Positions 42,214-51,950 of a DNA stretch of 64,000 nucleotides are shown here, one piece after another. The stretch lies in IMG/VR virus record IMGVR_UViG_3300028864_000019, positions 32,001-96,000 of that record; one strand, given 5' to 3'. The notes beneath the pieces are model-generated. The model searched no databases. It was not told the origin of the DNA and saw only the letters and a list, made by a program, of their open reading frames with translations. A program made the position numbers and the translations under genes. Each line of letters opens with the position of its first letter. Positions within the stretch are counted from its first letter, which is position 1. Source of the DNA: a virus.

Positions 42214-42387
42214 TTAGAATGTGGAATTTTTAGATTCTTTATTTAGTCTATCTATTTTCCTTACTCGTGATCTAACATTCATCATTTCTATTTTATTCTC
42301 TTTGCTATTACCTTTAAAACAATAAACTGTATATGCAATGGTCATAGAAGCTAACCATCCACCTGCTAATATTAATATTTGTTGCAT
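42214..42387 (-). CDS. small single-TM protein (57 aa)
   Basis: MQQILILAGGWLASMTIAYTVYCFKG...; AAGGAG RBS. Confidence 0.6.
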   Translation of the reverse strand: MQQILILAGGWLASMTIAYTVYCFKGNSKENKIEMMNVRSRVRKIDRLNKESKNSTF

Positions 42388-42590
42388 TGTCTTTAACTCC
42401 TTATTGATTTCTTATAATATATACTATTCGATAATGATTTAAATGATACCCATTTAATGAAAATAATCATTAAATAATTACAAAAATCAGTCAAAAACAT
42501 CTAAATTTACATAATTTTTAGTAGTTTTAAATGATTATTTTGATTAAAATAGATATAAACTATAATCAAAACAAATTAATATAATAACAA

Positions 42591-42619
42591 TTGACAAGTA
42601 ATATTCTTTGTGATATACT
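42591..42619 (+). promoter_or_regulatory. sigma-A promoter of the endonuclease gene
   Basis: TTGACA-17-TATACT with extended TG. Confidence 0.8.
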
Positions 42620-42626
42620 AATCTTA

Positions 42627-42737
42627 AGGGATAGTTTAGTCTGATCAACTAAATGATAAAGGAGTATCAATCGCCCTTCCCTACTATATTTAGGATTGAT
42701 AACAAATTAAAATACATATTGAAAGGATTGATTGTTA
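42627..42737 (+). ncRNA. Structured 5' leader, second copy
   Basis: AGGGATAG-TTTAGT-CTGATCA-ACTAAA...TATCAATC...CCCT...GATTGATA. Confidence 0.7.
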
Positions 42738-44147
42738 ATGGAAGAAAAGAAAATTAAACAAGAAAAATTTAAAAAGGTGTTTTTAGATGATTTACCACAT
42801 GGAGGTAAAGGTGTTAAAAATTCAAGTATAAATTGGTTGGAATCTAAAAATTATAAAGTAAGATTCATTTATAACAATGTTGAAGGTTGGGTAGAAATTA
42901 CAGAAGTTAAAAGAGAAAATGGAAAAACTATGTTAGGTATAAAATATTTAGATAATGATATATTTTATATATTTACAGGTCACTTTCAACAATGTAAATT
43001 AAAAGAATTACTTGGACTAATAAACCATGATTACGTATATAAAGTTAATGAAATAATAAAAGACGAAAAAAGAAATCTATTAATATTAGAACAATTTTAT
43101 ATAAACGGATATAGATATTATAAATATGAATGTTTGAATTGTAGATATATTGGTACTATAGCTGAAAGTCATTTAAAAGAAGGAAAAAATTGTTCAATTT
43201 GCTCACATCAAAAAGTTCAAAAAGAAATTAATTCAATATGGGCAACTGATAATGAATTAGTTAAATATTTTGTTAATGAAGAAGAAAGTTATAAATATCC
43301 ACATTATAGTGAACAATCTATTAAAGTAAAATGTCCTGATTGTGGGTCTATACGAAAAATATCAATAATATCTTTATATATAAATGGATTCACTTGTCCA
43401 AAGTGTGGTGATGGAATTTCTATGCCTAATAAAATGATGTTTAACGTATTAGAACAATTATTAGAATTAGACAATTTCAAAAGAGAATATTCACCAGAAT
43501 GGATAGGCAGAAGATTATATGATTTTTACTTCATATATAATGAAAAAGAATATATAATTGAAATGGATGGTGGTTTAGGTCATGGTAATATGGTATATAA
43601 TGAAAATAATATGACTTCAGAAGAATCCTTAGAAATTGATGACTACAAAGATAAAATGGCTGTTGAACATGGAATGCAAAAACCTATTCGAATTGATTGT
43701 AATCCCAGCAAATTTGATTATATAAAAAATAATATATTAATGGATGATAGACTAAATAAACTATTTGATTTGTCTAAAATTGATTGGAATAATGTTTTTC
43801 AATATACTTTAACAAATCAAATGAAAGAAGCTTGTGATTTATGGAATGATGGTAAAAATGTTAAAGAAATAAGTAATGTTTTTAAAATTAGTACAGGTGC
43901 GATTCGTAGATATTTGAATGATGGAAATAAGTTAAATTTGTGTCATTATAATGGATCTGAAAATAGTAAGAATAGTAATATAAGAAATGTAATATGTATA
44001 GAATATAATTTGATGTTCAATTCCATAACAGAATGTGTAGAACAATTATCAAAAATGTTAAATTTAAAATTCAATATATGTAATATATCAGAGGTATGTA
44101 AAGGTAATAGAAAAACTCATAATAAATTACACTTTGAATTTGCATAA
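42732..44147 (+). CDS. Zinc-ribbon / PD-(D/E)XK-type free-standing endonuclease with NUMOD1-like tail
   Basis: Several CxxC pairs, REYSPEW..RRLYDFYF, IIEMDGGLGH, DDYKD.MA..HG..IRIDC, FNSITEC. Confidence 0.8.
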   Translation: MLMEEKKIKQEKFKKVFLDDLPHGGKGVKNSSINWLESKNYKVRFIYNNVEGWVEITEVKRENGKTMLGIKYLDNDIFYIFTGHFQQCKLKELLGLINHDYVYKVNEIIKDEKRNLLILEQFYINGYRYYKYECLNCRYIGTIAESHLKEGKNCSICSHQKVQKEINSIWATDNELVKYFVNEEESYKYPHYSEQSIKVKCPDCGSIRKISIISLYINGFTCPKCGDGISMPNKMMFNVLEQLLELDNFKREYSPEWIGRRLYDFYFIYNEKEYIIEMDGGLGHGNMVYNENNMTSEESLEIDDYKDKMAVEHGMQKPIRIDCNPSKFDYIKNNILMDDRLNKLFDLSKIDWNNVFQYTLTNQMKEACDLWNDGKNVKEISNVFKISTGAIRRYLNDGNKLNLCHYNGSENSKNSNIRNVICIEYNLMFNSITECVEQLSKMLNLKFNICNISEVCKGNRKTHNKLHFEFA

Positions 44148-44253
44148 ATTTTTAAAGCTTAGATTAATTTCTAGGCTTATTTTTTAATTGAAAACAAAAA
44201 AGCACCTACAATTAAAAAATGTAAGTGCTTGGACTGTTATTATTTATATTTGT

Positions 44254-45336
44254 TTAACTCCAAAAATCTGCATTCATCATATCTCGTAATTTTTGTTTTG
44301 TTGCAACTGGCTCTTCCTTGTTTGTATCTTTAGATGTGGTATTATTACTTTTATTTTTACTACCATTTTCTCTAAATTCAAATACTTTTTCTTCATCTTC
44401 TAATTCTTCGTCTTTCATATTATCATAAGCTTCTTGAAGAGTTTGTATATATTCATCTGGACTTGTTACCCCACCAAGTACCATTAAATTCTTACTGCCA
44501 TAATCGGTCTTTCCCCACATTTTAGCTTTAAATAATTCTTTCCATTCATCTTTATCATATATACCCTTTTCAAATATACCTCCCATATAAGAACAATCTA
44601 AATTATTAGGCATTACAAAAGGAGAATTATCCATACTATAATCTACTGCATCTACTAATGATTTGAATTTATCAGCCAATGGTAATATTACTTTATATTT
44701 GTTTGCTGAATTAATCATTTTAGTATCATTAATATCTACTGCCCCTTCTTGTAATTCATATGAATCTAAAATTAATTTCATACATAGTTTGTTAAATTCG
44801 TCTTCATTTTGCATTTTGTCATTGTCTATATATTGATAAGAATTGACTACCCCTTGAACTCTTAATTTTGTAATTTTTGAATGTAATTTAAGTGCATTTC
44901 CTATTGTTGTCTTTCCTTCTGACAATGCTGGCATAGCAACAACTAAATTAATTGCTAATTTTGAATTTAAATGCCTTAATACGTTAGTTAATGTTGTAAG
45001 TGAACCACCTCCAAATCCGCCACCACTAGCTAGATATATTGACGCAACATCATAATTATCTGTTTTATTAGCAAGGAAATTTATAAATTTACTTCTATCT
45101 TTTGATATGCTTTCTTGTGCTACATCTTGATTCCTTCCTGTACCACCACCATTTATTGCCAAGCCATTAATAGTTGAATTATAGTGTTTTAATCTCTTCA
45201 TTTCATTTATGTTAGAGTTCACAAATACACCATCGTATACCGATTGTAATACGTTTTCTGAATTATCTAATAAATCCATGAAAGTATCTAATAGTTTATT
45301 ACCTGTACCACCTGTCCCAATATTTAGTACGTTCAT
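44254..45336 (-). CDS. tubZ: TubZ tubulin/FtsZ-like partition GTPase
   Basis: IGTGGTGNK, GGGTGRN, SGGGFGGG tubulin signature; tubR upstream and tubY divergent, as in phage c-st. Confidence 0.9.
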   Translation of the reverse strand: MNVLNIGTGGTGNKLLDTFMDLLDNSENVLQSVYDGVFVNSNINEMKRLKHYNSTINGLAINGGGTGRNQDVAQESISKDRSKFINFLANKTDNYDVASIYLASGGGFGGGSLTTLTNVLRHLNSKLAINLVVAMPALSEGKTTIGNALKLHSKITKLRVQGVVNSYQYIDNDKMQNEDEFNKLCMKLILDSYELQEGAVDINDTKMINSANKYKVILPLADKFKSLVDAVDYSMDNSPFVMPNNLDCSYMGGIFEKGIYDKDEWKELFKAKMWGKTDYGSKNLMVLGGVTSPDEYIQTLQEAYDNMKDEELEDEEKVFEFRENGSKNKSNNTTSKDTNKEEPVATKQKLRDMMNADFWS

Positions 45337-45339
45337 TTC

Positions 45340-45603
45340 TTAACACATCCCCTTTAATTCTAATAATTCTTTCATTCCCTTTTCAGTAACAATATAACTT
45401 TTTGCATTTTTAACTGATAATCCGTTTTCAATCAATCCTTGGTTGAAAAAATTCAATAATGTATTAGTTACTTTTGTTATACTCATTCCTGTTTTATCCA
45501 TAATTTCTTTTTTAGTAGTACCATTTGTTTTTATATTACCTTTGGTTTTATCATTTTCACTTAAAATACTTTGAAGTATTTTAAAATCGTTTTGCGTTAT
45601 CAT
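45340..45603 (-). CDS. tubR: TubR centromere-binding wHTH protein
   Basis: 87-aa wHTH (GTTKKEIMDKTGMSITKV...SYIVTEKG) directly upstream of tubZ. Confidence 0.85.
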   Translation of the reverse strand: MITQNDFKILQSILSENDKTKGNIKTNGTTKKEIMDKTGMSITKVTNTLLNFFNQGLIENGLSVKNAKSYIVTEKGMKELLELKGMC

Positions 45604-45659
45604 TATTGTGATTTCACCTCACTTTTAGATAAGTATAACAAATATATAATTATAAATCA

Positions 45660-45900
45660 ATAGTAATTTTAAAAATATCGTATCTGTATAGTATTTTAAT
45701 TTTGTAACTGTTTTAATATACTATATGTTTAATATACAAATAGTGTTACTATAGTTGTTAAATACTTTATAAATAGTGTAACTATAAAAGTATAGTAGTT
45801 TATATATACTATATGGATAGTGTATGATTAGTTTATAAATAGTGTGTAAGTAAATCTAAAGTATCTCATTTAGTAAGTAAAGTAAAGTGAAACTTAAAAT
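45660..45900. repeat. Candidate tubC/tubS centromere and divergent promoter region
   Basis: Repeated ATAGTGT and ACTATA motifs between tubR and tubY. Confidence 0.5.
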
Positions 45901-46019
45901 ATCAAAAACTTAACTAAATATAAATTATCATAAAAACAAATATAATAATAGTGATTACTTTTTATTACTTTATGGTATACTTATAATATAATTAGAATTC
46001 ATAAAGGAGTGATTTAGAT

Positions 46020-46763
46020 TTGGATAACTTTAATGATAATGACAAACATATTGTAGATACTGACTTTATAGAAGTTGACATAGAAGAGAAATTAGAAAAT
46101 ATGAATATAAATAAAGAACCGTTATATTACACAAGGGTTCAAACAGCTAAAATATTAGGAGAGAATGAAAGTACTATTTCATATTGGAGCAAGCAATTTC
46201 AACCATTATTAAATTTAAAAATTATTAATATGACTAGGAAATATACAAAAATAGACATAGAAAACTTAATGTTTATTCAAAAATTACTTAGACAGGATCA
46301 TTTAACTATCCAACAAGCACTGGAGTACTGCTCAGAAAAAGGTTTTAATTCAGAATCAGGCTTAGTTGATAGTTCAAATCCATTAGCTGTTCAAACATTT
46401 ATATCAGCTATGACGGTAGAGTTTGATAAAAAGGTATCAGAAATGCAGAATACTATTATTCAGCAACAACGAGAAATGATAGAAAATTTACAGAGTATAA
46501 TCCTTCAAAATAATGAAGAACTCAAGCAAGAAATTTGTTTAACAGTAGATGAGGTGGTCACAGAAAAAATTAATGATTTTGAAAAGAATCTTATAGAAGA
46601 TCAGTCACAACAAATCCAAAATAACTTTAATAACATGAGTAATAAAATCATTAATGAAAATACTAAAATGATGAATGAGTTCAAATGTATCAAATTAGAA
46701 GAAATTCAAAAACAAGAAGAACCAAAAGGATTCTTTAGCAAAATATTCAATTTTAAGAACTAA
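46020..46763 (+). CDS. tubY: TubY, MerR-like HTH plus coiled coil plus amphipathic tail
   Basis: YYTRVQTAKILGENESTISYW..F, RKYTKIDI, coiled coil, KGFFSKIF C-terminus. Confidence 0.85.
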   Translation: MDNFNDNDKHIVDTDFIEVDIEEKLENMNINKEPLYYTRVQTAKILGENESTISYWSKQFQPLLNLKIINMTRKYTKIDIENLMFIQKLLRQDHLTIQQALEYCSEKGFNSESGLVDSSNPLAVQTFISAMTVEFDKKVSEMQNTIIQQQREMIENLQSIILQNNEELKQEICLTVDEVVTEKINDFEKNLIEDQSQQIQNNFNNMSNKIINENTKMMNEFKCIKLEEIQKQEEPKGFFSKIFNFKN

Positions 46764-46929
46764 TAACTCAACATAAACATTAAATATAATATTAATGTCG
46801 AATATGGTATTAATTTCTAACCATCAGACAGGTCGTAAGAATGGAGATAGGATTAAAAGAGTATTAGTTGTTGTCTTAAAATTTTAAGTCTCAGATTTGA
46901 CGAGAAGGGCAATACAAGCGATATCTAAT

Positions 46930-47283
46930 AAACAGGACTAATGTAGGACGAAAAATTCAATATTAACTCTTTACATTGCAATATTGTGATTAAAACTATT
47001 AATAATTATAGTTTCGTACTATATCCGTCCTTTTTATCTACCCCAAAAAGCCTTTTTACGTACACCTAGAGTAGCTTTCATGTACTATATCCGTCCTTTT
47101 TATAAATATAGAACCGTTGATATCACTTAATTAGAAGTGTATGGTAATATAGAATAATTAAAGTTGTTGTAAAGCAACAACAAATATATTTATTAATAGT
47201 GGCTTAAAAAGGATTGATTTAGTAGATAAAAAGGACTAATATAGGACGTGACAACAATAAAAGGGACTGATGTAGGACGAAAA
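46930..47283. repeat. Iteron array / plasmid replication origin
   Basis: ~23-bp repeat AAAAAGGACKRATRTAGKACGAAA at 46930(+), 47012(-), 47078(-), 47228(+), 47259(+) plus degenerate copies, directly upstream of the rep gene. Confidence 0.85.
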
Positions 47284-47303
47284 TATATTGAGGTGGGCTA
47301 TTT

Positions 47304-48473
47304 ATGGCATATGAACAAATATCAATGTTAATGGATAATACAAAACAATTAAATAACGTAAACTATACTTATAAATCATCGGCACTTATAGAAAGCTCTT
47401 ATGAATTAACAATTACAGAACAAAGAATAATCGCATTAGGATGTAAAAAATTACAGCCAATATATATAGAAAACAGACTAACACCGAATGATTTACAAAA
47501 AGTTTTAGGAGCAATGAAATTCAGTTTGATTGAAATATCTGTGTCGGAATACAGAGAAGAATATGGAATTGTTGGTAATAAAGTATATGATTCAATACAA
47601 AATGCTACTGATGATTTATATGAAAAAGAAATAGTATATTTTGATGATAATGGTAAACTTTGCAAAAGACGATGGATGTCATCGGTTAATTTTGATAGAA
47701 AAAATGGCAACGTACAAATAACCTTTAATATAGATCTTATTTTAGATTTATTAGTTTTTAACGGTAAATTTGTTGCTTTGTTTTTTGATATGTCGCAAGA
47801 TATAAAAAGTAAATATTCATTTCGTATGTATGAAATATTGAAAAATAGTGCTTATTTAGGAAAAATGAAAATTTCAGTCGAAGAATTTAAATTTAAGCTA
47901 AAGATAACGGATAAGTATACTGATTTTGCAGATTTAAATAAAAAGATAATAAAGCCCAATTTAGAAGTAATAAATTTATATAGTGATATATCTCTAGAAT
48001 ATAAAACAATTAGGTCTGGAAGGAATGTAAAGTGGTTATGTTTTAATATAACTAAAAAAAGAAATACTACTTTTTCAGTAGATAGCAAGTTTAAAGAAAA
48101 GATACCTTCGGCATTTAATGAAATTTCTACTGCATTAGAAAAATATAATTGTGAATTAACTTCTACTGACGCACAAACATTATTCGATACAGCTATTGAA
48201 GTGACTAAAGAGAAATATCCAGATACAAATCCTGTTAATTACATTTTAGAAAAAATCAACTATATGGATAGCTATATTACAAAAAAACCTATAGATAATA
48301 TCATTGGATTCTTAAAAAACGCAATGGAAGAAGATTATGGATTAAAATCAATTGAAGTTCAACAAAAACAAACTAAATTCAATAATTTTGAAGGAAGAGA
48401 ATATAATTTTGATAAACTTGAAGCTGGGTTATTAGGATATGAAGAAGTTGCAATAGAAGATGTAACTAAATAA
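47304..48473 (+). CDS. Rep_3 (RepB-type) plasmid replication initiator
   Basis: KSSALIESSYELTITEQRII, KSKYSFRMYEILK, ISVEEFKFKL...Y..FADLNKKIIKP...IN; FNNFEGREY tail. Confidence 0.92.
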   Translation: MAYEQISMLMDNTKQLNNVNYTYKSSALIESSYELTITEQRIIALGCKKLQPIYIENRLTPNDLQKVLGAMKFSLIEISVSEYREEYGIVGNKVYDSIQNATDDLYEKEIVYFDDNGKLCKRRWMSSVNFDRKNGNVQITFNIDLILDLLVFNGKFVALFFDMSQDIKSKYSFRMYEILKNSAYLGKMKISVEEFKFKLKITDKYTDFADLNKKIIKPNLEVINLYSDISLEYKTIRSGRNVKWLCFNITKKRNTTFSVDSKFKEKIPSAFNEISTALEKYNCELTSTDAQTLFDTAIEVTKEKYPDTNPVNYILEKINYMDSYITKKPIDNIIGFLKNAMEEDYGLKSIEVQQKQTKFNNFEGREYNFDKLEAGLLGYEEVAIEDVTK

Positions 48474-48707
48474 CCCTTACATTAAATTCATTTACTTAAA
48501 CGCCAAAATACGCCTCAAATTTAAGACTTGTCCTATCAAAGGTAATAGTTGTTGTCTAAAATTAGAACGTCTTAGAGAGTCGAATAAGGGTAAATAAATC
48601 CTATATATAGATATATGAGAATGTAGTAGAAATTATTACATTCTTTTTTTATGTTTTGAATTAAATTGATAATTATATTATTTTAAAACAAATTAATGTA
48701 TAAATGA

Positions 48708-49739
48708 TTGACAAATAACTTCAACAGGTTTAATATGGTAATTGAGGAAGGAGGGGAAAATATGGACGAAAATCTATTCGCAAAGATACCAACAATTTTA
48801 TTCTATGAAATAATTGAAGATGAAATAACAGAAAGAAACAAATGCGTAAAAGAGAATAGTATCTTAACTAATATAAGAGATAGTAAGGTTCTACTAATAC
48901 TATATCAATTATATATAAGAACAAATTATACTAATGAATGTGATACATCTGTCAGCAAGCTAATAAATAAATGCAACTATTTCAGTAATACTAAAACCAA
49001 AGATGAATTTAAATCTATATTAAATAATCTGTGCAATTTAAAATATATTAATACAAGTGATGATATAAATAAATTAAAGCATAATGATTTAATAACATTT
49101 GGCACAAGTAAGTTAATTGATATGGATAGCTTTGTAATACTAGAACAAAAAGAATTAAATACAATAACTTCAAGTAGTACAAGTAATAAAGAAATATTAA
49201 ATCTTTTAAAAGTATATTTATATCTCAAGTGCAAATGTAATAAAAGAAAAGATGGAGATAATATTCAAAAGGCTGGTGGAAGGGCACAAGTTGCTTATCC
49301 TAGCTATAATAACATAACTGAATATACATATACTAGTGAAAGCCATATAGTTGAATACATAACCAAACTTAAAGAGTTAGGGATGATAGAATATAGAAAT
49401 CTAGGTAAAAAGTATCTTGAGAATGATCCTAATAAGAAAATAACTGATTGCACTAATTTATATGTTATAACAAATTTAGTGCAGGGAGAATATGTTGATT
49501 TAGAATTTAAAGAAGGATTAAAACAACAAAGAAATTTTTATGAGAAAGATGGATATATAATAATTAATGATAATAGCATAAATGATAAATCTATATATGG
49601 ACGCAAAGGTTATTTAACTAAGAAACTAAATAATAATACTATAACAGAAAAAGAAATAAAAGAACTTGAATTGATAGATACTGATATAGAAGAATATAAA
49701 ACAAAATACAAACCTAAAAAAGAAAAGAAGAGAGAATAG
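48708..49739 (+). CDS. Winged-helix replication-initiator-like protein
   Basis: FAKIP N-terminus; AYPSYNNITEYTYTSESHIVEYITKLKELGMI. Likely start MDENLF after GGAGG. Confidence 0.6.
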   Translation: MTNNFNRFNMVIEEGGENMDENLFAKIPTILFYEIIEDEITERNKCVKENSILTNIRDSKVLLILYQLYIRTNYTNECDTSVSKLINKCNYFSNTKTKDEFKSILNNLCNLKYINTSDDINKLKHNDLITFGTSKLIDMDSFVILEQKELNTITSSSTSNKEILNLLKVYLYLKCKCNKRKDGDNIQKAGGRAQVAYPSYNNITEYTYTSESHIVEYITKLKELGMIEYRNLGKKYLENDPNKKITDCTNLYVITNLVQGEYVDLEFKEGLKQQRNFYEKDGYIIINDNSINDKSIYGRKGYLTKKLNNNTITEKEIKELELIDTDIEEYKTKYKPKKEKKRE

Positions 49740-50031
49740 TCTGGGCGACTTCCAAGGCGAACAGGAGAGTCTTACTAATTCTTATTATATATTTATTAGT
49801 TCTTATTACACCTCCATTGTAGTCTTGTCATAAGACTGTTACATTAAGGGTAAGCTTGAACTAATAGTCTTGTAATGAGACTAGAATTGAATTCGGCTTG
49901 AGAAGTGTGATTAAATGGTGAATAAAACAAATTAATATATAAAGTGTTGACAAATTAATAGAATTATGGTAAGATAATACTTGTAAGGAGGAAATAAGAA
50001 ATTTAGTAATTCAACACATTTAAATAAATTA

Positions 50032-50220
50032 ATGTATAAAAAGGTGGTGAAAGATATGAGTAATGTAATAGAGTTTAAATCAAGAAGTAATGATATTATA
50101 GAAACGCACTTAATCAGGTTTTATCAATTAAAGGTTAAAAATTTCAGTGGAACTCTTGAAGATAATGAGATAATAGAGTTTGATAAAGAGTGTGAATGGT
50201 TAAAAATACATATAGGTTAG
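50032..50220 (+). CDS. small hypothetical protein
   Basis: Likely start MSNVIEF after AAGGTGG. Confidence 0.55.
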   Translation: MYKKVVKDMSNVIEFKSRSNDIIETHLIRFYQLKVKNFSGTLEDNEIIEFDKECEWLKIHIG

Positions 50221-50260
50221 TAGTAAATAATAAAATAATACAAACAAAGGAGATTAAAAA

Positions 50261-50869
50261 GTGAAAATAGTTATTGATATAGATAGTTCAACCATAGATA
50301 CTTGCAGGAGTATAATAAACTTACATAACAAACTGTATGATAATAAAATTGAATATCAGGAAGATTATTCGTGGAATTTCTACCCCATGATAAAAACTAT
50401 AGAAGAATTAAAGGAATTATTCAAGTTATTTGACCACAAAGATTTTTATAAAAGTGATACATTGGTTGTTTTTGACAAAGCTATTCAAGTTATAAATGGA
50501 TTATCTATGCAGAATAAAGTGATTTTTTGTAGTAAACACGATATAGCTAGAAGACCTATAACGAGTAAATGGATATATGAGATATTCCCAACTGCCAATT
50601 TAGAATTCACAGACACGTTTAATAAAAGTATAGTTGGAAAAGTTGATATAGTTATCGATGATAAACCTGAAGCACTTTTGAGTGTAGATGCTGATTATAA
50701 AATACTGTTTGGAACATATGACTGGAATAAAGACTACAATGGACTAAGAGCAAATAATTGGAAGGAAGTAGATAATATGATTAAAATAATAGAAAATACA
50801 ACTAGAAATAACAAATTAAATGACAAAGTAATAAATAATAAAAGGATGGTAGGAGACAATGAAAGATAA
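50261..50869 (+). CDS. HAD-family 5'(3')-deoxyribonucleotidase (NT5C-like)
   Basis: IVIDIDSSTIDT, NKSIV, VIDDKP, YDWN, RANNWKEV. Confidence 0.88.
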   Translation: MKIVIDIDSSTIDTCRSIINLHNKLYDNKIEYQEDYSWNFYPMIKTIEELKELFKLFDHKDFYKSDTLVVFDKAIQVINGLSMQNKVIFCSKHDIARRPITSKWIYEIFPTANLEFTDTFNKSIVGKVDIVIDDKPEALLSVDADYKILFGTYDWNKDYNGLRANNWKEVDNMIKIIENTTRNNKLNDKVINNKRMVGDNER

Positions 50870-51077
50870 TTACGGTTGTACAAATGAGAAGTTTGCGAAT
50901 GAATTTAGACAATACATAGATGGTTTTAACGATACATATGATAAGGACGAGCACTATAGCAATAATGATAGAATTACTGAAGCGTTTCTAATTGGGGCTG
51001 ATATAAGTGATTATAATTTGAGTAGATGGGACAAAGGTAAGTTAGCAAGATATAGAAATGATATGGATAAAAGATAA
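50859..51077 (+). CDS. hypothetical protein
   Basis: AGGAG RBS, overlaps the upstream gene. Confidence 0.6.
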   Translation: MKDNYGCTNEKFANEFRQYIDGFNDTYDKDEHYSNNDRITEAFLIGADISDYNLSRWDKGKLARYRNDMDKR

Positions 51078-51116
51078 TACATATTACATAAATTAATACA
51101 TAAAGGAGAGAATAAA

Positions 51117-51590
51117 ATGAATAAATACATAGGTACATATAGAATATCATGTGAGTTTGATAGAAGAAATTTAGAACCAATAAAAGAAGATACATTTATA
51201 ATTTGTGCTAGTAATGGACAAATATACAGAGTAAGTGATAATTTACTCGCTTATTATAAGCCAAAGCGAGGTAATTCAGAACAGTTTGCAACTAAACTAA
51301 TAGATAAGGGAGTTAAAAGTGTTAATAATTGTTCTAGCGATGGAGATATGTTGATTTATTTTAGTGAAGATAGTTTAGACATAGTTGCTGAAGAAGTAGG
51401 TGCTAGTACAAATGGTGCAGATATAAAACCAAGCAGTATAAAAAACCTTAGAAAATTAGATTGGTTCAAAAAGAATAAACAATATTATATAGATAAAGGA
51501 TATTATAAAGAAAAAGAAGAATTGACCGAAGAAGAGAAAGAAGTTTATAGACAACGATTTGTAAATAATATTAATAAGAGTGTGGAGTAG
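51117..51590 (+). CDS. hypothetical phage protein
   Basis: 157-aa ORF, AAGGAG RBS. Confidence 0.75.
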   Translation: MNKYIGTYRISCEFDRRNLEPIKEDTFIICASNGQIYRVSDNLLAYYKPKRGNSEQFATKLIDKGVKSVNNCSSDGDMLIYFSEDSLDIVAEEVGASTNGADIKPSSIKNLRKLDWFKKNKQYYIDKGYYKEKEELTEEEKEVYRQRFVNNINKSVE

Positions 51591-51950
51591 TTAAAATTGT
51601 TCGATAGAAAGTCGATTACAGGCTTAAGATGAGGTTTTAGAGTAAATAAGGTACAAGTTGTCTAGTTAAGAATCTAAATCGAAATAAGGCATTATTTTTG
51701 AGTTTCTTGTAATAAACTTTAGATGCCGATGAAGAGTTAAAAATATGGGTTGGTTTTAATTTTAAAATGTAAGGTGATAAGTTCTTCGTTAAATTGTGTA
51801 GAACGTCTTAGAAAGTGGGAAGTCGAGTTTTTGTCGAAGAATGTGGATAAGGTATGATAATAGTAAAAGCATTAAGCATTATTATAAAACAAATTAATGT
51901 ATAAAATAAAACCCGATATAATGCGTGTTTTATTGGGATTTTGAAATGAG

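Noticed and set aside
46930-47283. CRISPR array
   Set aside because: Repeats are in both orientations, nearly abutting, without unique spacers or cas genes; they fit Rep iterons.
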